Assembly (NCBI GenBank): GCA_017654855.1
Contig: CM030333.1
Coordinates: 5,208,001-5,231,846, forward strand
From: Podospora anserina
Taxonomy: Eukaryota
DNA: 23,846 bases
Direction: 5' to 3'
Under the pieces are notes generated by a model. The model did no database searches, was not told the origin of the DNA, and saw nothing but the letters and a program-made list of their open reading frames with translations. Positions 1-11,981 of the stretch are shown piece by piece (positions within the stretch are counted from its first letter, which is position 1; each line of letters opens with the position of its first letter). The position numbers were made by a program, and so were the translations under genes.

Positions 1-704
1 TGTTAGTCTTGCGGATGGTTGGAACATACGAAAAGTGTGCTGGCATCCTTGGGCTTCCCATTCATGTTCACCATGTGGTCCATGACGGTTGCCGTTCCTC
101 GAATGGAGACTACCAACGTTTTCCCACTCCACCCTGGAATCGGGGTGAACGGGATCTTCCACATTGAGTAAGCCTTGACGGTACCCATCGAGGACGGGCT
201 ACGGTGCAGCACAGGTTCGATATCGAACCCCTTGACACCAATTGGTTGTGTCTGATCGTAGACCATAACCGCACACTGGCAGGCCGCTCTAATAAGCTCG
301 CCAGTACCCGGAGAGCTGGCTTGTCAGTGGTGACTTTGCTGCTGGCGCTGTTCAACTTACCAGGACCACTCCTCCCCGGCATTATCCTGTAGGGAGGAGT
401 CTGTATACCTCTCCGCTTGTTGGCAGAGCTGGTCTAGGTGATACTGTAGCTCATCTCCAGGATCGCCTATCATTGTGTCAGTACTGGTGCCATAGCTCGA
501 GTCACTATATGGCTTACCTTCATCTCCGAGCCGATCAAACACAAAGTCCAGACCTGCAGTCAGGTCGGCCACCGCAGCGCATGCTGCTACGGAGGCTTGC
601 ACCGAGGCCAAGTTACAGTCCGACATTGAAGCCGATTCAGTGACAGTGGACTTTGCAGATGCTTGGATAGTGCGCCGCGGCAGAGCCTTTCGAATCCACG
701 CCAT
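1..704 (-). CDS. Probable class-3 lipase (Lipase_3-like alpha/beta hydrolase), 5' part; exons 704-518, 466-361, 315-30, continuing beyond the left edge
   Basis: ATG at 704-702. Minus-strand introns 517-467 (GTAAGC..TACTGAC..TAG), 360-316 (GTAAGT..CACTGAC..CAG) and one starting at 29 (GTATGT..CTAAC). Splicing joins ORFs 357..761 and 3..266 in frame: ...EEWSCSPGTGELIRAACQCAVMVYD...GTVKA...KTLVVSIRGTATVMDHMVNMN. The LVVxIRGT..D..VN motif is typical of Lipase_3; the GHSLG nucleophile would lie outside the window. Confidence 0.75.
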
Positions 705-1133
705 GTTGATGCTTGGTGTCTTGCCAGAATCTTGATCAAGCGAGTTTGCACGGGAATCCAATCAGTCAGAAAACCAGGGACTTATTAATAACGGCCATTC
801 TCAGATGCATTAGTGCAAGGCATTCATTGCCCGAGATGTATGGAGGGTGGAAAATACCCATGCACAACCGACATAACCAGGGCAGCTACGACGCCCCGCA
901 TCACCCAGCACCATTATCGGTATTCGATTTCGACAAGGCACTCTGCCGTGGCAGTGCATTTCAGCTGAACTGCGGGGGGGTCACCAGACCACCGAGCTAC
1001 CAATACAGCAATAGATACACATTCTGACATCAATCCAGTCATACCTAGAGGGTCGAAATACCTCCCTTCACCTTGCTTGCTATCGTCTTCAAGGTTGTCT
1101 TCTAGGTTCTGAAGCTCATGATATACCCTTACG

Positions 1134-3991
1134 ATGACGTCTCTGCTGAGTCGTATACTGCCCGCTGCCACCCAAAGCGCTTCATCCTCCAGCGGAAGTC
1201 ATGTCACTGATGCTCCAGAGGTCCCCCGCGTCCAAATTGGGCCCGCGGCAAACCACCTTCGAGATGCCATGATGGTCATGTACTGGGCTGGCGTGAGACG
1301 AGAATTGCCGCATATCGTCCAGACACTTCGAAAATGGAGGACTCGAGACGAATACTCAACGACGGTTCACCCCGACGAAGAGGACCGCTACATTCACGGC
1401 TATGAAACCTTTCTTGATCAAGTCAACCACACCTCTCGCGGGTTTTCCGACAGGTATCGCAAGCTTCCAAAGCTCAGAGACCCGGCGGAGGAAAGAGATG
1501 CCGATCGAGTGCCGACATACTCGGAAGCGCTTGAGGACCGAGGTTGGGACATTTACTCGGAACTGCAGAGCTCTTCCATCCGTCGCTCCATAATGATGGA
1601 CCTACAAGACCGGGAAGTGAAGGGGGAGGACGTGGTACATCGGCGAGCACGGATGCTACTCCAGTCCGCCCAGTTTCTCGACATGGACAAGATCATCGAG
1701 TACCGAGATCCAGAAGCGCTCATTACCTTTTGGAAGCAACCTACGCCCTCACAAGTTACGGTGTCATCCTACGACGAAGGACATATGCCGATTCTTGTTC
1801 CTCAAGCGTGCGACTCATGCAGCAAGGCAATAAGAGGGTCGATCTTTCGAAACATCAAGACAGACCAGATGATTTGTGAAGGTTGCTACCGGCGAGACTT
1901 TTATGGTCACAAGGACATCACCAAAGTGTATAAACAGTGCTGTCTGCGGAGAGCTGTGTCCGCCGACGATAGCCAGGAGATCTGCAGCTGCATCGATGTA
2001 TCACGAAGACACGGTGACGGACAGCTGAGAAATCTGTTCCCTGTGAACAATGATCTTTCCAATCCCGAACAGCATCTCAACACCGCCGGTGTGAACGGAA
2101 AGATTCGGTGTGGGCTTTATGAGTTGACGGATATGGCAGCAGAAGCCAAATTTGCCTCATGCCGCCACAGAGGGACGAGTCTTACTCTTGGGAAAGCCAA
2201 GCGAGAAGGCCGCTACAATCGCCCTCGTCGGGTCAACAACATCAATGGTGAGAATCCAGAGGGAAAGTTCAAGACAACCGAGTTTGGAGCGTCATTTGGA
2301 ACGACCACCAAAGGGACCGAGGACATCCCCTTTTACCTCAATGATATTGTCAATGACTATCCTTACGGAAATGTGCACATGGCGTTGAGAATTGGCCCGC
2401 TTGTGATTGAGAATGGAGTCAGCAAGTGAGTTACTTAGGGGTTCGTGCTTGGAATGCACTGCTAACTGTTGGCAGAACACACGGAGGCGTCCTCATCACC
2501 AGTCGGGACCCGCCAAACCTCCATGCTCTCCGAGACCCTTCTGAGGACATCCGGCACTCGCTCTTGGTCACTGGACAAGCAGACAGAACCCTCTATTCGC
2601 AGCAACGTCCCCGAGCTCCCAAGAGATACAAGGCAATGCTTAAACAAGTTGCTGGCGGTGTCTTTTGCGGGTTTTTTGAGCAAGAGGCAGAGGAACAAAT
2701 CATTGACACACTGATGAAGGAGAGCCTTCGGCTTGTCGACAACGGAATCAGCGTGACAGAGAAGAACACCTTGATGGATCAAGCTGTCAACCGGTTGATG
2801 GCGCTGCTCAAACCCTACCTGGGACCCCGGATCGAGGTCTACATTGACAGCATCGTTGCCAAATTGCTGGACCCAAACGTGAATCTTCGATGGAGCTTCT
2901 CAAACAACAACTGTCAGACCTTTGTCGACAACATTATTGATCGGTCGCTCTTTGGTTCGCTGTTTGCTCCGCATGGACCTAGCAACGTGGAGCAAGAATC
3001 AGCCAACATGCCATACCCCCTGTACCTCATGAGCTTTGTCTGCCGACCTGGAGCCTACGTGCCGCAACGAGCTCGCTCCAAATACGATGTACCCAACGGC
3101 TTGACAGAGGAATATCTCCTCAAGTTTCGGTACGGACGACATGAAGAGTCCGACATTGCCGATGCTCTCTCAGAATACTGGTATGACTGGGGTGCTTTTG
3201 ATGGGCCATTGTACCCCTATCAGGATCTGTTCCCTTGGGACTGCACGGAAGCCTTCAACCGGTATCCTGTGACATGTGGTTCGGAGTGCAACATCTCCAA
3301 ACACGTTTGGGCGTTCCCTTTCGACTCCTGGTCTCTCATCACCCTGCATCTATCCCGACCGAGAAACATGTATCCTCACAATGGATTCCCCGCCGACGAC
3401 TTGGGAACTCCATCCTTGCTGCACAATCCTTTGTCTAATTTGACAAAACTTGGGTCCGCTACCATGTCGGACACCTCCTGGTTCAAAAACAGACTTGCCA
3501 TACTTCTCGCCCAAGATACCCTGCTCTCTGCTGCAGCGGCAATGGCCCGTTGTTCGGCCTTTCGACAATCAACGTTCTGGCTTCACAAGCACGCTGATGA
3601 GCGAACAGACAGATTGAAATTGGGAGGGATTCACCGCGCTCAGCCGTTTAGCCATCACTTTGAGAAGGGGGCGTATCACCAGTATTTCATCGCTGGCTGG
3701 GCTCACTTGTCGCGACCACTGAAGATTGCCGAGTATGAAAAACTTAGAGACTGGAAAGCTACAAGACAAGATGTGGGCAGTTCAGATCACGACAGCGGTG
3801 ATGGAGGGGGAGGAGGGTGTGGTTTTGCATGCGCAGCTGGTGGAGCGGCGGCTGGAGCGGCATGTACTGGAGCGGCCGGAGATCTTGGAGATACCTGCGG
3901 GAGTGGATGCGTAAGTAGCTGTGGGAGTTCAGGTGGAGGTGATGGAGGTGATGGCGCTGGATGTGGAGGATGCGGTGGTTGCGGTGGATGA
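1134..3991 (+). CDS. Uncharacterised ~935-aa fungal protein; exons 1134-2425 and 2476-3991; ZZ-like Cys motif, possible permuted papain-like core, Gly/Cys-rich C-terminal tail
   Basis: ORFs 1134..2429 and 2426..3991 are joined in frame (..GVSK|THGG..) by a 50-bp intron 2426-2475 (GTGAGT..GCTAAC..CAG). Motifs: CDSC..ICEGCY, HMALRIG, NNCQTF, terminal GCGGCGGCGG. Confidence 0.85.
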
Positions 3992-4528
3992 GTGTTGGGA
4001 TTGGTCAAGCTTGCTTTTTCTCCACCCAGGTTCGGGATCAGGTTCTTTGCCAATTCATCACACTTCTTAGGAGACAGGAACAGTATTGAAACACTGCCAA
4101 CATAGCTCTGCCGCGAGATTGTTGTTGACCGAAGCCGAAAAGTAAGCAAATAGGAGGATTGTTCTGGCAAATGTGCATTGCATGTTGCGAAGCCAGGTTG
4201 GCATCATCTGTATGGCCAGGCGTCATGTCGAGTTGTCATTATAGCCAGCTATAGGCTACTCTGCTTTGCTGCGTGGATAGGGTAGATGTCAGAGCTAATT
4301 GTTTGAACAAACCACATCGTCGCAAATATTGGAGCTCTGCACCCACAGGTTTAAACGGTGTCGTGTACCATATTCACTCGAAGATGAAGTAAACGTGGAT
4401 GGGTCCTAACATTTTGAGTGGTGCGACAGAAGTTGGGCCTCGGTCGCATCACATCACAGTGATTAGATACCGATCTTGCGACGACGAGGTCTGGCCAAAC
4501 ACAAAGCCTGTGAGCTTGATGAGACTGT

Positions 4529-4537
4529 GTATATAAG
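4529..4537 (+). promoter_or_regulatory. Putative TATA box of the 4679 gene
   Basis: GTATATAAG about 150 bp upstream of the ATG, followed by a pyrimidine-rich leader (4570-4630). Confidence 0.45.
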
Positions 4538-4678
4538 ACTGGACGGGGAGCATGGAAACCGCAATCAAGCTCTCTTCACCTCTCACACTCTCACCTACAA
4601 CACTTCCTGCGACTTCATCTTCCTATCGGTCATTTGTCAATTCCTTCATTGCGAATCAACATTCTACAATCTCACACC

Positions 4679-5881
4679 ATGGCTTCCACTACCGTCGCCC
4701 CGACTGTTGATTTCAAAGGTATTGCAATCCACCTCGGCCGCTATTGCTACTCCGTCATCGCCTTCCTCCAGCTCCCCACAGACGTAGCATGGAGGCGCAC
4801 AGTTTCGGCAATCCAAGCCGCCAACACGGCAACATTCATGGCGATCAACCTCTATGTTCAGTTGTGCATCAACGTCGTGCGGCAATTCATCAACAACTCC
4901 TGGAACTCCATCGTGTCATCAGTACAGCAGGCCAGCACTACCGTCATTGCCGTGGTTGAATCTGTCAAGCTCACCGTCGGCCTCGGACTCGACTATCTCT
5001 TCAGCGCTGCGACCAACGCCACGAAAGCCTTCATCAGCCTTTTTGTCGACTACCTGCCTACCATTGCTGTCGGCTTCTACTCCGAAATGAGGAAGGAGGT
5101 CACGTTTCAACACATGAAGACCATGAACATGGTCCTCTTAGCCTCGAGTCTCGTATGGTTTTATCTTCGAAGATGTGTTGAGGTCGGCACCCCTGCTTTG
5201 CCCGCCAAAGACGGCCAGGTGACCAGTACTCGCAAGTGGAGGAGACGTTTTCAAGTTGTCCTTAGGGAGCTCGCCAGTCTCCTTGTCCTCAGTTCTGTCC
5301 TCTCCTACGCCGCAATGCCAGAGTGGACCGCCGCCACCATTGCCTCGTGGCTGTCTGCAGCGGCTGACCGACTGAGTTTTCTATCATCGATAGTTATGGA
5401 GAGAGTGAACCCCGTTTACGTCGCCGTGGTTGAAGGTACAAATTATCATCTTGGCAATCTCATTGAGGAATGTGTTTCTCGACTGCCACCAATATTGGAG
5501 AGAATTGAACCGGTTTATGGTGCCCTTGGTGGAGACAGTATCAGGCTTCAGCTCATCAAATTCGCCGGGGACTGTTTTGAGCGACTCCCACCGCGACCAG
5601 ACTGGCATCCGTGGGTGGGTATGTCTAGAGATGTTGGAATAGGGGTGTTGGCACCGATTATTCTCGGTGGCCACGGTCCTTCACCTTCTCCCATTTGCGC
5701 AGCCAGCAACACCAGCTCAACGCTCATCAAGAGTTCAGCTCCACCAACAATACCGGAACCCGCCCTCTCCTATCAGGGAGACGCTATGGTGGTGTTGCCT
5801 TTTTTGATGTATGTTATTGCGGCTTGGGATTTAGTAATGCTGGTGCGGCGACGACAAAGGAAAGGACAGGATCGGGCATGA
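4679..5881 (+). CDS. Hypothetical ~400-aa multi-pass membrane protein
   Basis: Long ORF with the first ATG in a good context (CACCATGG at 4679). Several hydrophobic segments and a C-terminal TM followed by a basic RRRQRK. No family recognised. Confidence 0.7.
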   Translation: MASTTVAPTVDFKGIAIHLGRYCYSVIAFLQLPTDVAWRRTVSAIQAANTATFMAINLYVQLCINVVRQFINNSWNSIVSSVQQASTTVIAVVESVKLTVGLGLDYLFSAATNATKAFISLFVDYLPTIAVGFYSEMRKEVTFQHMKTMNMVLLASSLVWFYLRRCVEVGTPALPAKDGQVTSTRKWRRRFQVVLRELASLLVLSSVLSYAAMPEWTAATIASWLSAAADRLSFLSSIVMERVNPVYVAVVEGTNYHLGNLIEECVSRLPPILERIEPVYGALGGDSIRLQLIKFAGDCFERLPPRPDWHPWVGMSRDVGIGVLAPIILGGHGPSPSPICAASNTSSTLIKSSAPPTIPEPALSYQGDAMVVLPFLMYVIAAWDLVMLVRRRQRKGQDRA

Positions 5882-6076
5882 ATAAGGGGGTCAAGGAAAG
5901 AGGGTGCATATGTAGATACAGATTCTAAGAAATAGAACAGGAACACAATCTGTTGTTCCTAGTTTATGCCCGATGCCCCACGTCAATATTTTCACTATTT
6001 AATAGGTCCACATTCTAAACTGTAAAATAGGTTAATAGAAATATATTTAAAGAACTTGTGAGGCTGTATCTAAAAC

Positions 6077-6141
6077 CCCTAATACTTATTCTCTAATGGA
6101 TAGTAGTATAATCCGTTAAAAAGTATATTGAAAAAACGTCC
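6077..6141 (+). mobile_element. Degenerate relic of the element left terminus (copy E0)
   Basis: CCCTAATACTTATTCTCTAATGGATAGTAGTATAATCCGTTAAAAAGTATATTGAAAAAACGTCC aligns with the termini at 6976, 7555, 14656 and 19082. Confidence 0.7.
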
Positions 6142-6158
6142 TGTTGTGAGCCTCCGAG

Positions 6159-6535
6159 TGTGACGAACCTCTATCTAGAATCTCTGAAAGGGATACCGGT
6201 TGAAGGCTCTTCTGAACAATCCTGGTTCGGTATAGCTAGTCAGTGTACAATAAATGGCTTATCTCGATCACAATAGCTAAGATACTAACGATTGTAACTT
6301 ATATTGCATACTGCGGAACTATCTATCTACACTAGCTAGTTCCTCCGTATATATAGACCCAATGCCGAGCCCGGCACTATCCTAGATCGATAGACTCGAC
6401 TATCGATCCTATCGATATTATTCCTTTTGGGGTTGACTCCCCTAGATCGATCCTCGATCCCCTTAACGTATATTATAAGCGAGTCGTATATATAAGCGAG
6501 TCGTACAGTCTCTACCACGACGCGTCCTCCTTACA
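6159..6535. mobile_element. Putative solo LTR (~377 bp)
   Basis: Begins TGTGA and ends TTACA (TG..CA, imperfect inverted termini). Flanked by CCGAG/CCTAG (4/5 match, possible TSD). Non-coding, with an internal TATATA and short direct repeats (TATAAGCGAGTCGTA x2). Confidence 0.5.
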
Positions 6536-6564
6536 CCTAGCATTAATTTTTTCCACAGCCCAAT

Positions 6565-6694
6565 ATGCCTCCTACTTTAAAGGAAGCTAGGATACTCTTA
6601 GCCCTTAAGCCTCCGAGCTGCAGCTAAACTCTACAACGTACTAGCTATGACTCTCTCTAACCGACGCGCCGGCCGGCCTACACGACGCGATATA
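6565..6694 (+). pseudogene. Fot1/pogo-type (Tc1-mariner superfamily) transposase N-terminal HTH fragment
   Basis: MPPTLKEARILLAL-[deletion/frameshift]-SLRAAAKLYNVLAMTLSNRRAGRPTRRD matches the characteristic EARILLAL...SxRxAAxxYxVPxxTLxxRxxGRxxRRD start of fungal Fot1/Pot transposases. Truncated at about 6694. Confidence 0.8.
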
Positions 6695-6975
6695 TGTGAC
6701 AAGGGCTGTAATATTAGGGCTTGGAACTCATGGTTCAATTCAGGCTAATAATCTTCAATGGCCTCGAAGAGCGTGATAAAGAAGAAGAAGGTCTAGGAAT
6801 ACAAATAGCTTTTGAGAACGCGTCTTTATCCTTCGCCCAGTGGTCCGTGCATTGTGGCCTTAGGCCGCTACTAAGTCTTTCAATATCTTAGGTTAACTAA
6901 TATTATTTCCTTAATAACCGCGAAGCTTATAATTATCTGCCTCACTTTAACTACTGGCTTATAACGTGCAGTTAC

Positions 6976-7554
6976 CCCTATCAGTTATTCTCCGATGGAT
7001 TGTAGTACAATCCGTTAAGAAACGTACCAAAAAAAACGCCTCACTTTGGAAATAGGGGGTAGGATCCGTTAAGAATTTAGTTATACGATCCGATAAGATT
7101 TTCTTTACCAAAACAAAAGAAAAAAATATTATTAGAATCGTTTGAACGAGTGTTACAACCCTGGGGTATAGACGAGAATAACGATTAGTTATAGAATTAC
7201 GGGAGCAGGGGCTAATCGGGAAAATACTTAGAAGAGCTAATTACAGGGAAGGACGGTAATTAGTGCGATTAGAACACTAATTAGACTAAGCAGGCTAGGC
7301 CGAGGTAATTAGTGTAATTAAGACACTAATTAAGCTAAACGTAAATAATTAGTATACTCGGAATACTAATTAAAAGAATTACAGCTAGGAAAAAAAGTTT
7401 ATATATATAGAGGAACTAACTAATATAAATAAATAGTTCCGTAATATATAATTTATAATTATATTTACGGTATTTTATATTTATATTAAAATATTTTATT
7501 ATATATTATTTAATTATACCGAACTAATTATTAAAAATTACCTTTAATTAATAT
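6976..7554 (+). mobile_element. Element copy E1: same terminus, divergent interior, truncated
   Basis: The first ~175 bp match the terminus plus part of one 202-bp unit. After about 7150 the sequence is unrelated to E2-E4 until the next terminus at 7555. Confidence 0.75.
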
Positions 7555-7654
7555 CCCTATTAGTTATTCTCCGATGGATTATAGTACAATCCGTTGAAAA
7601 GCGCACCAAAAAAAAGGCCCCACTTTAGAAACAGGGGTAGGATCCGTTAAAGAA

Positions 7655-10600
7655 TTCAGTTGTACGATCCGATGGGATTTCTCCCGTTAAAATAAAAAGT
7701 AAAGATAGTATTAGAATCGCCTGGACGAGCTGTATAGAATGGTATAAGGTGTATTATTGTATAAGCGGTGTAGAATTATAAATAAAAGATATAAAGTTAG
7801 GTATAAGTATGCTAGTAATGCACGTAGATAGTAAAGTAAGGTTAGGTAATAGAAAAGTAAGTTATACGATCCGATAGGATTTCTTCCGTCAAAATAAAAA
7901 GTAAAGATAGTATTAGAATCGCCTAAACGAGCTATATAGAATAGTATAAAGTATATTATCGTATAAGCGGTATAGAATTATAAATAAAAGATATAAAGTT
8001 AGGTATAAGTATATTAGTAATATACGTGGATAGTAAAGTGAGGTTAGGTAATGGAAAGGTAAGTTATACGATCCAATAGGATTTTTCCTATTAAAATAAA
8101 AAACAAAGATAATATTAAAATTGCCTAAACGAACTATATAAAATAATATAAAGTATATTATCGTATAAGCGGTATAGAATTATAAGTAAAAAATATAAAG
8201 TTAAGTATAAGTATATTAATAATATACGTAAATAGTAAAGTAAGGTTAAGTAATAAAAAAGTAAGTTATACGATCCGATAGGATTTCTCCTATTAATATA
8301 AAAAGTAAAAATATTATTAAAATTACCTAAACGAGCTATATAAAATAGTATAGGGTATATTATTATACGAACGGTATAGAATTATAAATAATAAATATAA
8401 AGTTAAATATAAATATATTAGTAATGTACGTAAATAGTAAAGTGAGGTTAGGTAATAAAAAAGTAAATTATACGATCCGATAGGATTTCTTTTATTAAAA
8501 TAAAAAGTAAAGATACTATTAAAAATAATTTAACGAATTATATAAAATAATATAAAATATAGTATTATATAAGCGGTATAGAATTATAAATAAAAAATAT
8601 AAAGTTAGGTATAAGTATATTAATAATATACGTAAATAGTAAAGTAAGGTTGGGTAATAGAAAGGTAAATTATACGATCCGATAGAATTTCTTTTATTAA
8701 TATAAAAAGCAAAAACACTATTAGAATTACCTAAACGAGTTGTATAGAATAGTATAGGGTATATTATTATACGAGTAGTATAGAATTATAAATAGTAAAT
8801 ATAAAGTTAAATATAAGTATATTAATAATATATATAGATAGTAAAGTGAGGTTAGGTAATAGAAAAGTAAGTTGTACGATCCGATAGGATTTCTCCTATT
8901 AAAATAAAAAGTAAAGATATTATTAAAAATAATTAAACGAGCTATATAAAATAATATAAAGTATATTATCGTACGAGCGGTATAGAATTATAAATAAAAG
9001 ATATAAAATTAAATATAAGTATATTAGTAATGTATATAAATAGTAAAGTAAGGTTAAGTAATGGAAGGGTAAGTTATACGATCCGATAGGATTTCTCCTA
9101 TTAATATAAAAAGTAAAGATATTATTAAAATTACTTAAACGAGTTATATAAAATAGTATAAGGTATATTATTATATAAGCGGTATAGAATTATAAATAGT
9201 AAATATAAAGTTAGGTATAAATATACTAGTAATATACGTAAATAGTAAAGTAAGGTTAAGTAATAAAAAAGTAAGTTATACGATCCGATAGGATTTTTCC
9301 TATTAAAATAAAAAGTAAAAATATTATTAAAAATAATTAAATAAGTTATATAGAATAGTATAAGGTATATTATTGTATGAACGGTATAGAATTATAAGTA
9401 AAAAATATGAAGTTAGGTATAAGTATATTAGTAATATACGTGGATAGTAAAGTAAGGTTAGGTAATAGAAAGGTAAATTATACGATCCGATAGGATTTCT
9501 TTTATTAATATAAAAAGTAAAGATACTATTAGAATTATTTAAACGAACTATATAGAATAGTATAGGGTATATTATTATATGAGTAGTATAGAATTATAAA
9601 TAGTAAATATAAAGTTAGGTATAAGTATATTAATAATATATGTAAATAATAAAATAAGATTAGGTAATAGAAAAGTAAATTATATAATCCGATAGGATTT
9701 CTTTTATTAAAATAAAAAGTAAAGATACTATTAAAATTACTTAAACGAGCTATATAGAATAGTATAGGGTATATTATTGTATAAGCGGTATAGAATTATA
9801 AATAGTAAATATAAAGTTAGGTATAAGTATATTAGTAATATATGTAAATAGTAAAGTGAGGTTGGGTAATAAAAGAGTAAGTTATACGATCCGATAGGAT
9901 TTCTTTTATTAAAATAAAAAGTAAAGATACTATTAAAAATAATTAAACGAGCTATATAGAATAGTATAAGGTATATTATTATACGAGCGGTATAGAATTA
10001 TAAGTAAAAAATATAAAGTTGGGTATAAATATATTAGTAATATATGTAGATAGTAAAGTGAGGTTAGGTAATGGAAAGGTAAGTTATACGATCTAATGGG
10101 ATTTCTCTTATTAATATAAAAAGTAAAGATACTATTAGAATTATCTAAACGAGTTATATAGAATAGTATAGGGTATATTATTATATAAGCGGTATAGAAT
10201 TATAAATAGTAAATATAAAATTAAGTATAAGTATATTAGTAATATACGTAGATAGTAAAGTAAGGTTGGGTAATAGAAAAGTAAGTTATACGATCCGATA
10301 GGATTTTTTTTATTAAAATAAAAAGTAAAGATATTATTAAAAATAATTAAACGAGTTATATAGAATAGTATAAGGTATATTATTATACGAGCGGTATGGA
10401 ATTGTAAATAAAAGATATAAAGTTAAGTATAAGTATATTAATAATATATATAGATAGTAAAATAAGGTTAAGTAATAGAAGGGTAAGTTATATAATTTAA
10501 TAAGATTTTTCCTATTAATATAAAAAGTAAAAATACTATTAGAATTGCTTAAACGAGTTATATAGAATAGTATAAGGTATATTATTATACGAGCGGTATA

Positions 10601-11432
10601 AAATTATAAATAATAAATATAAAGTTAGGTATAAGTATATTAATAATATACGTAAATAGTAAAGTAAGGTTAAGTAATAGAAAAGTAAGTTATACGATCC
10701 AATAGGATTTTTTTTATTAAAATAAAAAGTAAAAATATTATTAAAAATAATTAAATAAGCTATATAGAATAATATAAAATATATTATTATACGAGCGGTA
10801 TAGAATTATAAATAAAAGATATAAAGTTAAGTATAAGTATATTAGTAATATATATGGATAATAAAGTAAGGTTAGGTAATGGAAGGGTAAGTTATACGAT
10901 CCGATAGGATTTCTCTTATTAATATAAAAAATAAAGATACTATTAAAATTACTTAAACGAGCTATATAAAATAATATAAAGTATATTATTATATAAGCAG
11001 TATAAAATTATAAATAATAAATATAAAGTTAAGTATAAGTATATTAATAATATATATAAATAGTAAAGTAAAGTTAGGTAATAAAAAAGTAAGTTATACG
11101 ATCCGATAAGATTTCTTTTATTAAAATAAAAAGTAAAAATATTATTAAAAATAATTAAACGAGTTATATAGAATAATATAAAGTATATTATTATACGAAT
11201 AATATAAAATTATAAGTAAAAGATATAAAGTTAGGTATAAGTATATTAATAATATACGTAGATAGTAAAGTGAGGTTAGGTAATAGAAAGGTAAGTTATA
11301 CGATCCGATAGGATTTTTTTTATTAATATAAAAAGTAAAGATACTATTAAAATTACTTAAACGAGTTATATAAAATAGTATAAAGTATATTATTATACGA
11401 ACGGTATAGAATTATAAATAAAAAATATAAAA
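7655..11432. repeat. 202-bp tandem array, ~18.7 units, RIP-mutated
   Basis: The TACGATCCGA anchor falls at 7663, 7865, 8067 ... 11299: 19 anchors at exact 202-bp spacing. Units differ mainly by transitions. Confidence 0.95.
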
Positions 11433-11462
11433 TTAATTGATTTTTATTATTATATAATTTAT

Positions 11463-11981
11463 TTAATTATCGGAATTATTAATAACTATAAGCTTTTAAC
11501 TTTTTTCCGCCGCTCCCTTATTTCCTTCGCTCTTTTCTTCGGCTTTAATACCATTTTATTTAGTAATATAGAAATTATATTTATTACCGTAATCCCTTTA
11601 CTTATAATTATTATAAATATTACCCTAGTACCTATCTATCGTACGATAATCCTTAAACGGCCCTCTATTAAGCTTATTAGTATAAGTAATATAGGGAGAA
11701 ATAGTTACTAAACTACGGCTTTAAATTAAAATTATATTTAGGTAGTTCGGACGAATTAATACTTTAGCCCCCTTTACTTTACCGGGGATATATTTAATAT
11801 CGGCCGATAGTAGAGCCAAAATTATTTATTGTATCTCCTATATATTTATTAGTTTAAATATTATTATACGGGAAAAATATATATTAATATTAATATAGAA
11901 ACTATTTATTAGGCTCTTAATATAAGGCTAGTTAATATCGATAACCTTATACGAGTTACGGGTAGTAAGGATAAAAGTTAT
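11463..11981 (-). pseudogene. DUF3716-like Cys-cluster protein gene, RIP-inactivated (copy in E2)
   Basis: Colinear with 17281-17799 at offset 5818; see that feature. The start position is approximate. Confidence 0.7.

Noticed and set aside
713-1171. ORFs 713..1027 (+) and 914..1171 (-)
   Set aside because: They lie in the ~430-bp divergent intergenic region, have no recognisable motifs and are probably spurious.
3787-4170. Pro-rich minus-strand ORF
   Set aside because: Antisense shadow of the Gly-rich tail of the plus-strand gene.
6695-6885. Second LTR fragment starting TGTGAC/TGTAAT
   Set aside because: It truncates the transposase fragment as an insertion would, but no convincing matching end or TSD could be identified.
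7655-11432. CRISPR-like array or coding repeat
   Set aside because: Whole 202-bp units repeat with no unique spacers. 202 is not a multiple of 3, and the context is eukaryotic.
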